A stretch of DNA of 64,000 bases from assembly GCA_000708835.1 (NCBI GenBank), contig DF237187.1, forward strand, positions 1 through 64,000, in the 5' to 3' direction. The notes beneath the pieces are model-generated. The model saw only the letters and a program-made list of their open reading frames with translations, searched no databases and was not told where the DNA came from. Position numbers and translations under genes: made by a program. Positions within the stretch are counted from its first letter, which is position 1; every line of letters starts with the position of its first letter. The DNA is from Klebsormidium nitens. Its lineage: Eukaryota; Plantae; Klebsormidiophyceae. Shown one piece after another: positions 47,167 through 59,200 of the stretch.

Positions 47167-50100
47167 TCATCTCCGTGCGAGTTTCGAGAGTTTTGAATGT
47201 ATACTACCACGGGCTTTGCTTCGATCACTATGCCCCAACGCTTTCTTGCGTGTTGGAACATCACCAGCTTTGAGCTCAAGCGTTGTGCGGCTCTTCTTGG
47301 CTGCACGGAGAGAGCAAGACGCTTCAGCATGGTTGCAACTTGTTAGAGCTGAGAAAACCCGATACAAAGTTTGAGCCGCGCTTTATTGTCGACTCGCAAA
47401 GAGCATACTCGGAAGGAACATGTGATGGACTCCTGCCTTCACATCGTGGTTTCCAACTCAAAGCTGGTTTCTACAGCGCCGTAGATATGCTGCAGGTACG
47501 ATCTTTGCAGATGCCTGCTTGTCTCAGTGGCGAGCGACATCGATTCAAGATTCACAAATGCAGCTCACCATTCTCTGCCTGGAGGTACTTCTCGTGAAGG
47601 CGTCGCTTCGTCTCCTCGAGCTTGTTGGCCGGTTCCATCAGCAAGTCCCCCATCTGCCAAACGATGTATTACCATCAGGAGACTTAAAGCGTGTACGACT
47701 GCTCGCCAATGAAGCAATCAGATGGCAGGACAAACGTGGGGCCTCAGGAAATCTGGCTCTTCCTTCGAAGACGAGCACTAGGGGCAAGAAATGCAAGAGC
47801 CTCCCTTTGAGAATTCAACAAGCAATCAAACAATATTCAAGGGGTTCTTGAAGTGGCTTTACGGAAGCACGAACGTATAACGCACGAAGCAGGATGCTCT
47901 GTAGCTGGGCAGGCTTCACAATTCTATGAGGATCCGTGACAAGGATTGTCCGCAGCCCGGAACGTTCCAGCCACAGCAGTCCACACCCGGGCCAAACAAG
48001 ATTCATATTTCTGATCATAAGACCTTAAAATGAGTGAGCTTGACGCGATATGAGGCAGCAATTAATGTTCCTGACCTCCTCAGAGTCGCTGTCGCTCAAA
48101 AAGCCGTCCTCCTCCTCGAGCCCCGTCTCCGGCTCGGACCCGGAGTTCGAACCAACCGGGGTTCTGCTCTTGCCGACGTCAGCAGCCGAGGTGGCCCGCC
48201 TAGCAGGCGCGCCGTCGGGCGTTCGCACCGACTGTTTTCTAGCCCTCGGAAGCGGGTCCAACTCGTCGAACAGGTCGTCATCCGACGCCGATTCGAGTCC
48301 CGGCGTTTTCTTTGGCTTTCCTACGGCTGGCTTTCGAGCTTCCGAGACCCCTCCCGCATGGAAGTGTCTCTCCCGCCCTTTCTCCCCGTTCGCGTGGTTC
48401 GCCTGGGACCCGACAACCGGTTGCTCGACCCCGCTCTGTTGTTTTGGTGGGGGGTCGCGCATCTCCGGGTTTCTTCGGGGGGGCGCCGTCGCCCGCTTTG
48501 CCGTATCGTTGAACTGCAGAAAGTTGTTCGCGCTGTGCGGCTTGGGAAGGGGCTTCTGGCCATCCGCCGAGTGCGACACGGGTCGCACGGGCGTCCGAAC
48601 CGGGCTGAGACTGGGACGGCCCAATTTCACGGGCAGCTCCGGCGTTCCACTGCGAGGCCGTTCGCCCGGCTTGCCCGGTTGCCTGCCACCCAACTGCGAG
48701 CCCGGTGCTCCTGTCGCTTGTACAACGCCTGGTGGCTTACTACTCGAAGCCCGGGCAGGGTTCGAACCGTGTCCCGAGCTCTGCACGGCTGCCTCGGGGG
48801 TCTTACTCCGGGCCCTGTCTTGGCCCAATCTCAAATCCCCGCTTGCTTTCGAAGAGCTCCCGGGCGGCTGAGCAGACGGAGCCCCTCGCTCCGACGCGCT
48901 CTTGACGTCCGCCTTCGCTCCGGTGCCCAAGCTTTCCGTCCTATGCCCATCAGGCCCGGACCCTTCTCCCACGCGCGCTTTCTTCGCTGGCCCTTCCCCC
49001 TCACCAAAAACATCAGTTTCTTTTAAACTGCGCGCCCGCTTCGGCGTGTCCCCCGACGCCACGACACCACTGCTTCGTTCCGACCTTTCTCCCGCACTCT
49101 CTTTCTTTTCTACTTCGGCGCTTACGAAGTCGCCCCTCCCCAAAGATTGACCCCTCAATCCACCGCCCCCCTCGGGAACGCCATTAAGCTTGGCTGCCTG
49201 TTGCCACTTCTCCGCAGCAGCCTTTTCCCGTGTTTCCTTGTCAGTAGACACTCCGCTCGGTTCGGAAGCAGCAGAGGCAGGGTTGGTCGCAGCTTCAAAA
49301 TCGCTGTCGCGAGAGGCAGGAGGCCGGGGGTCATATACCGGGCTAAGGAAGGCCAGCCTACTGTTCACCGGGGCAGAGCCGGGGGTTACGGTGGAAGAGA
49401 GCTTTTCCAAACCGGCCGCTGCAGCAGACAAACGTGCGTCAATTCTCGACCAGCAACGCTGTCCAACGCTTTGTGTAGTGTCTGAGTTGGTCAACTTGCA
49501 GGTCCAGCTGAGCTGGCTCCGCCAGACCACGGCCAGTTCTCACAATTAAGGGAGAGTTTCAAAAGGGGGTAGGAAGGAGAATGACAAGCAGGACAATCTT
49601 GTGAACAAACCGGCACTTGCTACCAGAAGAAAACTTGAGAGAGTGGAAGGACAGAAAACAATCGGAAGTCAAGGTGCATATTTAAGCGCCTGCTCCTATT
49701 ACGGCTGTCCCCTCGAGTGGAACCGATTAGACCATTCCGACAAGGTTCGTGCAGCAACGTAGTGTTTTGTTACAAGCGAATCTTCTTGACCGTCACCGCT
49801 TCTATGATCCGTGATGACAGCAACATTGCTGGGGTTGAGTTCGCACGCAGAGCAATCAAACAACTGAGACTTTCTGCTTAAAGCTAGCCAGGTTCGTTTA
49901 GGATAACATAAGCGCTCTTCAGCCAAGCGCAAAAGGACAAAGGGATTCAACAAAGGGGGTCCCGACAATTTCGCAAGAAGGACATGTTCAGTGCGACTGG
50001 CGAACTTACCGAGGTCCTCTGCAGTGAAGTCCTCTAGCAGCTGAGACAACTCAGCAGACGTATTTCTAGAAGCGAGAGTGGCCGCATCCAGAGGGGGGGC

Positions 50101-51749
50101 CTCGAGACCTCCCTCTATGGCAATGGAATCTGTCAAACGGACAAAATACGTGAGTACAAGCGTGTGTACAAGGAGAGGGCGCCTCCAAAAATAAATAGTC
50201 ACAAAATCTGCAGACGCCAAATCTCTCCGAGAGCAATTGGATCCATGGCTGAGAACGTTCGGCTAATCAGACGGTCTTAACAATGTATCAGCAAAAAAGA
50301 GACTTTCTTAACCTGACAATAGTAGTCAAGTATTTGAACCTGGTAAGATCGCAGGTCACTCTGGGATGTTTGAAAGCACTGAACTCAAAAGCGGTTTACT
50401 TCATGGCTGTAACTGGTGGAAACAGCCACGTTTGGACATGCTTACCTGTGGACGACTTCTTGCTTATTTCATTTGTGACAGCCTGGAAATCTTCCACAAG
50501 TTCTTTCCATGACCTGGGAGGACAAACGACCGCCCAAATTTCAGCGATCATGAGGTGGAGAAACCGGCTGTCTGCATTCTGTATCCCAATAATGTTGACT
50601 CGCCAAGTTCTTGCAATCTTGATTCAAACTCGGCAGATAAGATGATCGCAAACAAGGGCATGCCAAGAGAACTTACTTGACAAGGTGCTTAGCCTTGATT
50701 TGCACAGGTTTTGCCGGGTGTTTGCGGAGACTGCTGATTGTTTTCCCAATTTCAGTAGCCTACAAAATACAAGTGGCTGGTCAGGCAGGATCATGAGTGG
50801 AACTTTCAAAGCCAACCTGATTGAATTTGTGATGACAAACAGGCAAAGAGTCCATTAATAAGTACAAGGTCTGATCACCTGAATAGGTGACTCTTCCTCA
50901 GAACATGCAAAAAACCTTTCAAAACAAACTTCCTTCATTGACTTACTTTCAGCTCCTCCACAGTAATGTTCATCCTCTCCAGTGACGCCATCGCTTGCAA
51001 AATGGCCTCTTCTGACTGCACGACAGGTGGACAGCTCAATTTGCAACAGAACACATTTTGCAATCAGTGCCCCAACCTCATACTCCCCCAGCATCAAAAC
51101 AAACCCTGGAGTATGTGTGAACCAGGACTTACAAGTGCCGCACGACTGCAGCTAAAAAAAGTGTCTCAAACAAAGAAACAACCCTCACCTTGTTTGGAGC
51201 TGAAAGTTTCGACCTTGACAGCAGGATCTCCTGCATTCTTAGGCTGTCTTGTTCAATGGCAACCTGCAACTCTTCTTCATCAGCATAGCCAGTTCGTGAA
51301 GATACATCAACATCTCCTCTTCTAGCTGCCCCCAGAGAGGTCACCTTTTGGTGAGCTTTCTCCCCTCTTGGTGATGCAGTAGTCTGCACTGGTTGTTGAC
51401 TCCCGTTCACGACTGTGTCTGTCTCAGCTGCGTCACTTTGTAATGCCGAAGGGTTTATTCGCTTGGAAGGGGCCGTCGACGTGTCAACACCATCTACAAA
51501 CCCCTCCCTCTGGGCCAGTGCTTGTACACCTGCGCCCTCTTCAACACTAGTACAACCTGCTTCAGGAACAACGGCAACCGCGCTCAATCTGTACATCTGT
51601 TCAACAATGCCGTCTCGCCTCTTTCTCAGCTCGGACACCTCATCTTCCGCTGCAACTTCAATTGCTTTTGCAATGATGGCCCAGATGTCATGCCCGCTGG
51701 CCGCAAAGAAGCTCCGCCAGGCAAACTTGGGGGTTTTGTTCCTGGCCAT
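47167..51749 (-). CDS. TFIIS N-terminal-domain protein, plant MED26-like, 8 exons, about 820 aa
   Basis: Exons 51189-51749, 50947-51015, 50677-50759, 50446-50513, 50010-50129, 48076-49418, 47569-47653, 47167-47300 (phases consistent). N-terminal WRSFF...DIWAIIAKAIEVAA...RRDGIVE; TFIIS-N LERMNITVEELK|ATEIGKTISSLRKHP...KAKHLVKSWKELV; APPLD; C-terminal KLEETKRRLHEKYLQAENAKKSRT, the same layout as plant MED26a/b/c. Confidence 0.85.
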
Positions 51750-53722
51750 GTTCTCCGGAATGCAAGAAGAAAACTTTGCCAGCTGCACGAGCAGCCGTTT
51801 GATTGCTGCTCTCTCCTCCCTCGAATTGGCCTCTAGGAGATCATTCCAATGCTGCCTTGGCGCTGTTGCTGGAGCTCAGTGAAGATTCTGCTTTTCGTAA
51901 TGCCCACATACCGAACATGTGAACTGTCTTCTGCTGCATTCCAACCACTTGTAAACTTGCTTTATGGGGCTCCTCACCCTAGTTCGGAAGCGTTCTGTGG
52001 ATGCCTTGGCCACGTAAACGACATCGTACCGTTTATTGAAACTTTGATTGAATATCGAACGGTAGCAAAACTTACTTTGATCCACATGGCTACCAGGCAG
52101 GTACAGCCTAATTCAGATCAGTCAAACCAGAGATACAAACAACCCTAAAATCCAAGTCCCAGCCTGCACGGCTGCATTTCAGATTCTGCTTCTGCATTCT
52201 GCCTCCCTCCTTCATTCTGCTTAGCCGGCGCCATTGAGCCTTTTGCTTCCTTTGCTGGCTCTTGAGTGCGTTCCCACGAAGCTTTAAGACTGAAGGCAGG
52301 TATCTGCTCGCAAGCGACAAGCGGTAAAGATGGCGTCTTCTGTAGCGCACTTGGTACAAGGTGTTCCCTGGACGGGCCTTGCGCCCTCGCAAGCCCAGGC
52401 TGCAGAAAGCAGACTAAGCAGGGCAGCGGTGTGCTGTCGTAGTCAACATGCACAACCTACACGTATCAAAGGTGGGCCTGGTCTCCCTACTTGAGTCTGA
52501 GCTGATGGATGTTCAAAGCTACGAGCTGTCGGCGCAAGACCAGATTGCAAAGAATTTAGATCTATACGAGCACATGGTCACATATGAACCACAAGAATTT
52601 CTGGTAAGAGTGTGGGTTTACTTCTATGATGTCTTGACTGAAAGGCGCTGCCAAACTGAGATGGAGCCCTCGCAGCACCCGAATCACAGTCGAAGGGGAT
52701 GTTGATGAGAACCTGCCAGACCTTGGGCGCTTGATGGTCAGCTTGACTGATGAGCACTTTGCTGGTTTCGTGCTGAACGGTCTTACGAAGACCGTCCTTT
52801 CCACAGCGAAATGCTGGACATTTCTATGCACAGCGCTCTAGATGTGATAAGTAGAGAGATCCATCAGCACCTTCTATCAAAATGCATCACAAGATCACGC
52901 TGAAAGTTGTGTTAGGATTTGACTGACTAAGAGTCACCAAGACAGTGTCAACTAATCTGGAGACGGCGAAGCATTCCCATGAATTTGCTGCTTTTGGGAC
53001 TGGGAATACAGTAGACCTGTTCGCTGAAAAGTGAATCTTGAGAAGCGCTGTGATGTCGCCGAGATGCCTTCACCAGTGTTCTGAGTTACAAAGGTCCGGA
53101 AGTTATGCATATGCCTCCGTTCCTCAAACATATCTGCTCGCAAGTCTGCGTAAGTGGTAGGCAATACTTTCAGCATTACTTTGCTCCATCAGCGGTGCCG
53201 GAAAGCAGATTGGTTGGTCATTGCTTCTCCTGCCTCTGAGGGCAGATTTTTGGCTGCAAGTATAGCGAGTCTCATCCTTGATGTCATTTGTCTCAGCTTT
53301 CGTACATTCCCTTGGCGTTAAGTCTTTGTTTGCAACTTGCCGAAAGCAGAAGGTGAAAGGCCAAGGTGGCGGGTCCTTTGCGAAGAGTGGCGGACATTTC
53401 AATATGCACCGTGGCCCGCTTGGATCAGAAAACATCGCTCTATAAAGAGCAATGAACAAACGCATGTTCTGCCCTCACGACCACCATCAACTTAGAACAT
53501 TAGACGTTACACTGATCTGAGCTTCTGTAAGGCACTCCTGACCGCAGCGCTTACACATTTACTTCAAAAACTGAAAATACATGCTGCTCTTAGCCTTCGT
53601 AGCAAGCCCCTGACATTGACATTTACTCCCTCCCAGGCACAAGCTCCCTGACCTCCTCCTTCGCCACCCCCGCCCCCTCCCTCCTCCCCCCCTCTTTCAT
53701 CGGGTCCGCCGCCGTCTTCGCC

Positions 53723-54861
53723 ATGCCCTCTTCCTCCACCTTCCAAGGCGCACGGAAGGGCGCCATCGCCATGGGCGCAGGGATCCAGTTCATCCGGGGG
53801 GTCAATGAGGCCGTTGTTCCGGACGTCAAGTTGACGCGGTCGAAAGACGGAAGCTCGGGGACGGCCCTGTTTGTGTTTGAGCAGCCGACCGTGTTTGAGT
53901 CGGCGTCGGAGTTGGGGGAGATCACGGGGTTGTATCTAGTGGACGACGAGGGCGTGTTGCAGGTGAGCCGTTTTGCGGACACTCGGAGCGCGTCAACTTT
54001 GTGATTGGAGCAAAGAAAGAGCTCTTTTGTCTGAGCTTGTCTTTTCCATTCCCCATGTAAAGCCTTTCTTAGCGGAAAGGCAGGCTTCCGATTGCGTCAC
54101 CAGGAAATAACTCGGAGGAAGGGTGCTGTTCGCACATGAAGTCCAGAGGAATTATCCTGTGTGACAGAAGTGCACTCGCATTGCGGACTGAAGCTTGCGC
54201 AAACCCAATTGGTGCCAGTTTGAAGGTTGGAATTTTAACGATTTGCTTCTTCAGTCTCCAAGTATTAAGCCTCAATGGCCACTGAACCTTTCTGTGGAAG
54301 CGAAGCGGTGGTGGCGTTTGACCCAGCTTGCAGTCTCTTTACATACAAGATTCCCTGCATGACAATAGACATTCAGGAGAGTCCTTTTCTGCCCCCATTC
54401 ATTAGTCAAGCAGGGATGCTGGGAGGGGGTTGGCATTGCTAGCCCCTTTGGTGCGTCCGGTCTAGATATCCAAATACAGGGTCCAAGGTTTGCCTTTGTT
54501 CCTCATCAAGAATTACAGGCAGATTCTTTACAGCCAAAGATATCCAAGAATTTTTTTCGAACTTCGGTGTGAGCGACTTGGAAAGATGCCTTGTCGACAG
54601 AGCGACTTGGAAAGATGCCTTGTCGACAGAGCATTCAGAAGGCTGTAAGTCTACTCAAACTGAAAATTGATCCCCATTTGGTCCTTCATTCCGCTCGCTC
54701 CTTTGCAGTCCGTTGACGTGAGTGCGAAGTTCGTGAATGGAAAGCCGGCCAACATTGAGGCGAAGTATACAATGAGGAGCGGGAAGGACTGGGACAGGTT
54801 CATGAGGTTCATGGAAAGGTATGCTACAGAGAACAACTTAGGCTTTAAGAAAAGCTCGTAG
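53723..54861 (+). CDS. PSB28: Photosystem II reaction-centre assembly factor Psb28, 2 coding exons
   Basis: Exons 53723-53962 and 54709-54861: [35 protein letters not shown]...[15 protein letters not shown]|[20 protein letters not shown]...[19 protein letters not shown]. The frame is open upstream to an acceptor at 53636/53637 (Ser/Pro/Ala-rich, transit-peptide-like), so the true start may be further 5'. Confidence 0.93.
54571..54632. repeat. Perfect 29-bp tandem duplication in the PSB28 intron
   Basis: gagcgacttggaaagatgccttgtcgaca occurs at 54571-54599 and 54600-54628, followed by gagc. Confidence 0.97.
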
Positions 54862-56225
54862 AAATGAACGTCGGGCCCACAGTTTTGACACTGTCTTGGC
54901 TTACGAGATTTGCCGTCATTGAGTGACCCTGTACTAACCTTTGCTTTTGCTGGATTCAGCTCGTATTCGTTCAAGTTGAGGCCATTCGGTTCGATGCATT
55001 TTTGCTCATGCACATGGTCAATATGGTAGGTCCAATAGACATGCCGTGCAGGAATGAAATGCACTGAGTGCATGCCAGTACGGTGGACCATGAACCGCCC
55101 AATGCAGTACTCATTAATATCATCTGTATTGCGTGTCGTATCATGGCTACGTCTTTGGACGTACCTACATGCATGATGTGATACTGAGACATACTTGGCG
55201 CTCCCATCATGGCATGCTTAAGTCTCGTGTCAAATCATTGGTGAGTCGACAGCACATGTGCCGGCTGGTGTACGTACGTGGCAGGATCATGCACGGCATG
55301 TCTGGTACGTGATTGAATATCTAGCTGCATATGAGTCGATCAGTGATTCATGAAATAGTTGTATTTTATATGAAGCACTTATTATATCGTGCTCAGTAAG
55401 CGACGATGCCGCGGCCTGGCGCCCGTCTACCAGCTCACTCCAGCATGTAACGGTATAACGGTTCAACAACGGTTGCCAGCTGATTATGATCCTCAGTTAT
55501 CCACTCAATCACGACGGTACGAGCTTACATAATGCAGCGGCAGACGATCGTTCTTTACTTTAAGCAACCGGTACGTCATCGAGAATCTAATTGCCATAGG
55601 ATGCACAAAGGATCGCGTTTTCCTCTACGTGGCCGTCGCGGAAGCATGTCGAAGTCGTCAAAATGCTGCCGCCGCAACGGACGAAAGATCATGGATGCAA
55701 TTCCGTCTCAACCACCTTATGTGATCGACCGCGCTTACACTGCAGGTTAATTTCCTACAAAGTCGATTTTCCCACGATGTCAGTCTTTCTACAAACCATG
55801 CCGACAACAATATTATCGAAACCGTCCAATCAAAGTCTCTGTTCCTAGGATGGCCTGAGAAGCTACGGCCTTGGAGATATAGTCAGCATTCATGGTTCCT
55901 GCCCGATCGTTATAAAATGTTATAAGAGACTCCCTCGCGCATCCAGCACACTATTCTCCTCGGGCTAGCAGTATATCATCCACCCAGACATACCTTACCC
56001 GGGCCCGGCGCCACAGCGCCAGTTTATCCCGTCAAGGAGGACAGCGGCCTGTTCTACCGGCACCAACACCGCGTGTCCCCTCGGGGTACTGTTGAGCATA
56101 AGCCACTCTGAAATCACCACTGGCAGAACCAATCACTTTGTACACATACTTTAGCATACATTACCGGGCATCCGCATCCACCTTAGAACCCAACCGGCGC
56201 CCGCAGCCGCCACGTGCCATCCAAT

Positions 56226-59200
56226 TCACGCCGCGCGGATGACGTGGCCGTTGGCCCTCTCTTGGGCGCCCACGTTCTTGCTGGGGCTCAGCACGTTCTT
56301 CCTCTCGGGGCTGGCCACGACCCCGTTCGCCTTTCCGTTCATCCCCCCCTTGCCGGAAAAGTTCACGAAGTACCCGTTCTCCTTGCTGTTCTCGTCGGTC
56401 TCGTTCACTGGGATCGTGAATTTGATCGGCTTCAGGGGGCTCGCCGCCAGGGGGCTGTTCTTCGTGGGCGTGCGGCTGTTGGAGAAGCGGCGCGTGCGCG
56501 CGAGCGCCTCGCGGCGCTCGGACGCGACGGTCAGCCGCGACTCGAGCTTCTGCGCCAGGTGCGAGCGCGCATTCTCGTCGTTGGCCTGCGGGAAGGCAGG
56601 GAGGAGCAGTCAGGACCGGAGAGAGACGGAGATCATGATTGGATGAGATACAGAAATGAGGTACACGGACGGCAAACTCCGCCCGAAATTTCGCCAAAAA
56701 AGAGAGGAAGGAAAGTGGCATAACAATTCGTGCGCAGTCCCGTCATCGGGTTGCGGGTCGCCCGCGTAATCGACCGGTAGGATTATGAGCAGGGATTCTG
56801 AGAGCGATGGTAAAGATGGACGAATCTCCGTGCGCGACTTCAGGTCTTCAGGTCGTTAGCCTGCCGGTAGTTGGATTAGTGGTCGTAGATTAGGAAGATC
56901 GAGAAGAGATGTATTGTTAAATGAGAAGGGGACCCTTGTCTTTTCTAGTTCAGACGTCGGTGATCGCGTTCAAAGGGCTTTCTTTTTCTTTCCCTTACGG
57001 GTTTCATGACATCTCAGGCATTTGACAAAGGCAACTTGAAGGAACGGACGAGCTTTCCGAACGAGCGACACAGAGACGTGTGCTAAGCTTTACGATCCCG
57101 GCGTGGAACCATCCCACTTCATAGGGGTTGCGCACGCGGCTTCTGCGGTCCCTCTCTGCACATTGGCGACCCACTCCCTGCTCACCTTTTGCGCGGCGAC
57201 CACGTTCCTGTGGCGCTTGATGACGGAGGCCGCCTTCTTCTTGGTCTCGCTGAGCACCTCGAGGCGCTTGGCCTCGGCGGCCTCCTGCGCCTGCTCAATC
57301 TTGGCGGCCAGGTCGAGCGCCTTCATCTGGGACGACGCCTCCACCACCTGCAGCCGGTCGCGCGGCGTGCTGGCCCCGCTGCTGCGGCGGGACTCCAGGA
57401 TGGCCTGGCGGAAATGGGATAGCGTATTTCATCAGCGATACCTTATTACATCAGGGATAAGGTGTGGAGTAGGAAACGGTTTTAGTCAGTAGGTAGATGA
57501 AAAAGCAGCTGGCCCCGCTGCTGCGGCGGGACTCCAGGATCGCCTGGCGGGAAGGGGATAGCGTATCGCATCAAGGGAGAAATGTTATTGCATCATGGAT
57601 AAAATTAGAAACGGTACGAGAGGTTTAGCGTACAGCTGGACCCACTGCTGCGGCGGGACTTGAGGATGGCCAGGCGGAAGGGGGGGCCAGCGTATTACAT
57701 CATGGGGATAGCTTATCAGGAATAAGGTATGCCGAGATTGGGAACGGGATGGTAAGTTGGTGGACGGAAATGTAGCTCGTCCCCTCCTGAGGCGACACTA
57801 CAAGATTCGCCGCGAGAGTGATAAGATGATGAATCAGGATCGGACTGTTAAGACAAACCTACTGGGAATGTTCTTCAATGGAACAGGCCTTCGCTACTGG
57901 TCCTCGTTTAGACGGCATGATTGAATTTTATAAGATCAATTAGTGCCACGCCAGAGGCACGCGACGTATGGATTTTGTGCGAGCTTGTCAATCTTGCGGT
58001 TTCAAAGCTCCGACGCCATTCCTTGGCTTATCTCTGCAGAGACTGTCGGCCCCCGCGCTCGAGCAGGGCGAACTTCGCAATCCGGGTTGCTTCTTGGTTT
58101 TTTCTCTCCTCACCACTCAAGGAAAAAACTCGATTTACCAAGCGTTCCGCTTAACACTGCTCGTGGAAGAATGCAAACCATCCGCCAATCCGCCCCAAGC
58201 ATTCACCCTCCTTAATTTGAAGTCAGTCAAACACACACTCTGTCTCACTCCCCCTCACCTGTCGCTGCGCCTCGGCGGCCTCCAGCTTGGCCTCGATGCT
58301 GTGCGCGAGCGCCTCCTTCTTCATCTTCTGCGCACTCAGCACCAGCTCGCACCGCTCCGACACGGCGCGCGCGCGCTGCTTGGTCGCCTCCAGCGCGTCC
58401 TCGCGGTTCGCCTCCGCGGCCTCCTGGTTCGCCTCCAGCCTGAGAACGGGTCAAGAATTGGGTTTGTGACTCACGATTCAAGGGTTGGATTGGTTCGTAG
58501 GAGTTCAAGGCATTGGTTAGTTGGTAACGCATTAAGGGCCGCGTTGTGACAGAGTATCCGGCTTGAAAGGTTACTGCTGGGGAGTTGTGATTTCGCCTCC
58601 AGCCTGAGAAAGAGTCCGGCTTGTTGGTAATCGCGACAGGTAAAGACTAACGTAGGAAAGAAACCTGAATGTAAGCATCCTCGCGGGTCATTTCTGGGGC
58701 TTCCTGAGTCGCCTCTAGCCCGGGAATAAGGGCCAGCTTAGCAACTAATACAAATGGTAGATTAGATTTGCGCTCCTGACAAGATATACGAGGCAGAGCC
58801 CCGTCCCGAGGACCAGAACCAAATCCTAAAAGAACAAACCCTCCTCCCCCCCGGTAGGTCATGTAGAGCCTCTCCTCCGGCTTTCGTGTACAGCCCTTAG
58901 AAAGAAACTGGTGCTCCCAAAGGAGAAAGCCATAAGAAGGCCCGGAAAACACAAACGAGTAACACTTCGACTCACCTGTAGGCCATGCAGAGCTTCTCCT
59001 CGCGCCTATCCCATAAGCAGCTTGGTGCTTCCTAAACGACGCTCATAAGAAGGTTAAGCCTGGTTTGAAGCAGAACCCAAATTCCCCGCCTCACTTGCAG
59101 GCCGTGAGAGCATCTCCTCGCGCTTCCTCCTGTACGCGGCTTGCAAGCAACCGGTGCCCCCTAAAACGAAACCCATAGCAAAATCGCCCCACTCCGAAAC

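Noticed and set aside
46714-47273. Protein-like + strand ORFs (79 and 109 aa)
   Set aside because: No motif; they partly overlap the last exon and 3' region of the MED26-like gene on the opposite strand.
48034-49549. Long + strand ORFs (330, 273, 119 aa)
   Set aside because: Antisense shadows of the GC-rich low-complexity exon of the MED26-like gene; no motifs.
51849-53176. Coding-like fragments with donor-like sites between MED26-like and PSB28
   Set aside because: No stop-free, phase-consistent exon chain could be built; a possible pseudogene or UTR, not supportable.
1889-54861. Possible CO2-concentrating or photosynthesis gene cluster (RCA, bestrophin, PSB28)
   Set aside because: The genes are 10-35 kb apart, separated by unrelated genes, and the bestrophin shows no clear plastid targeting.
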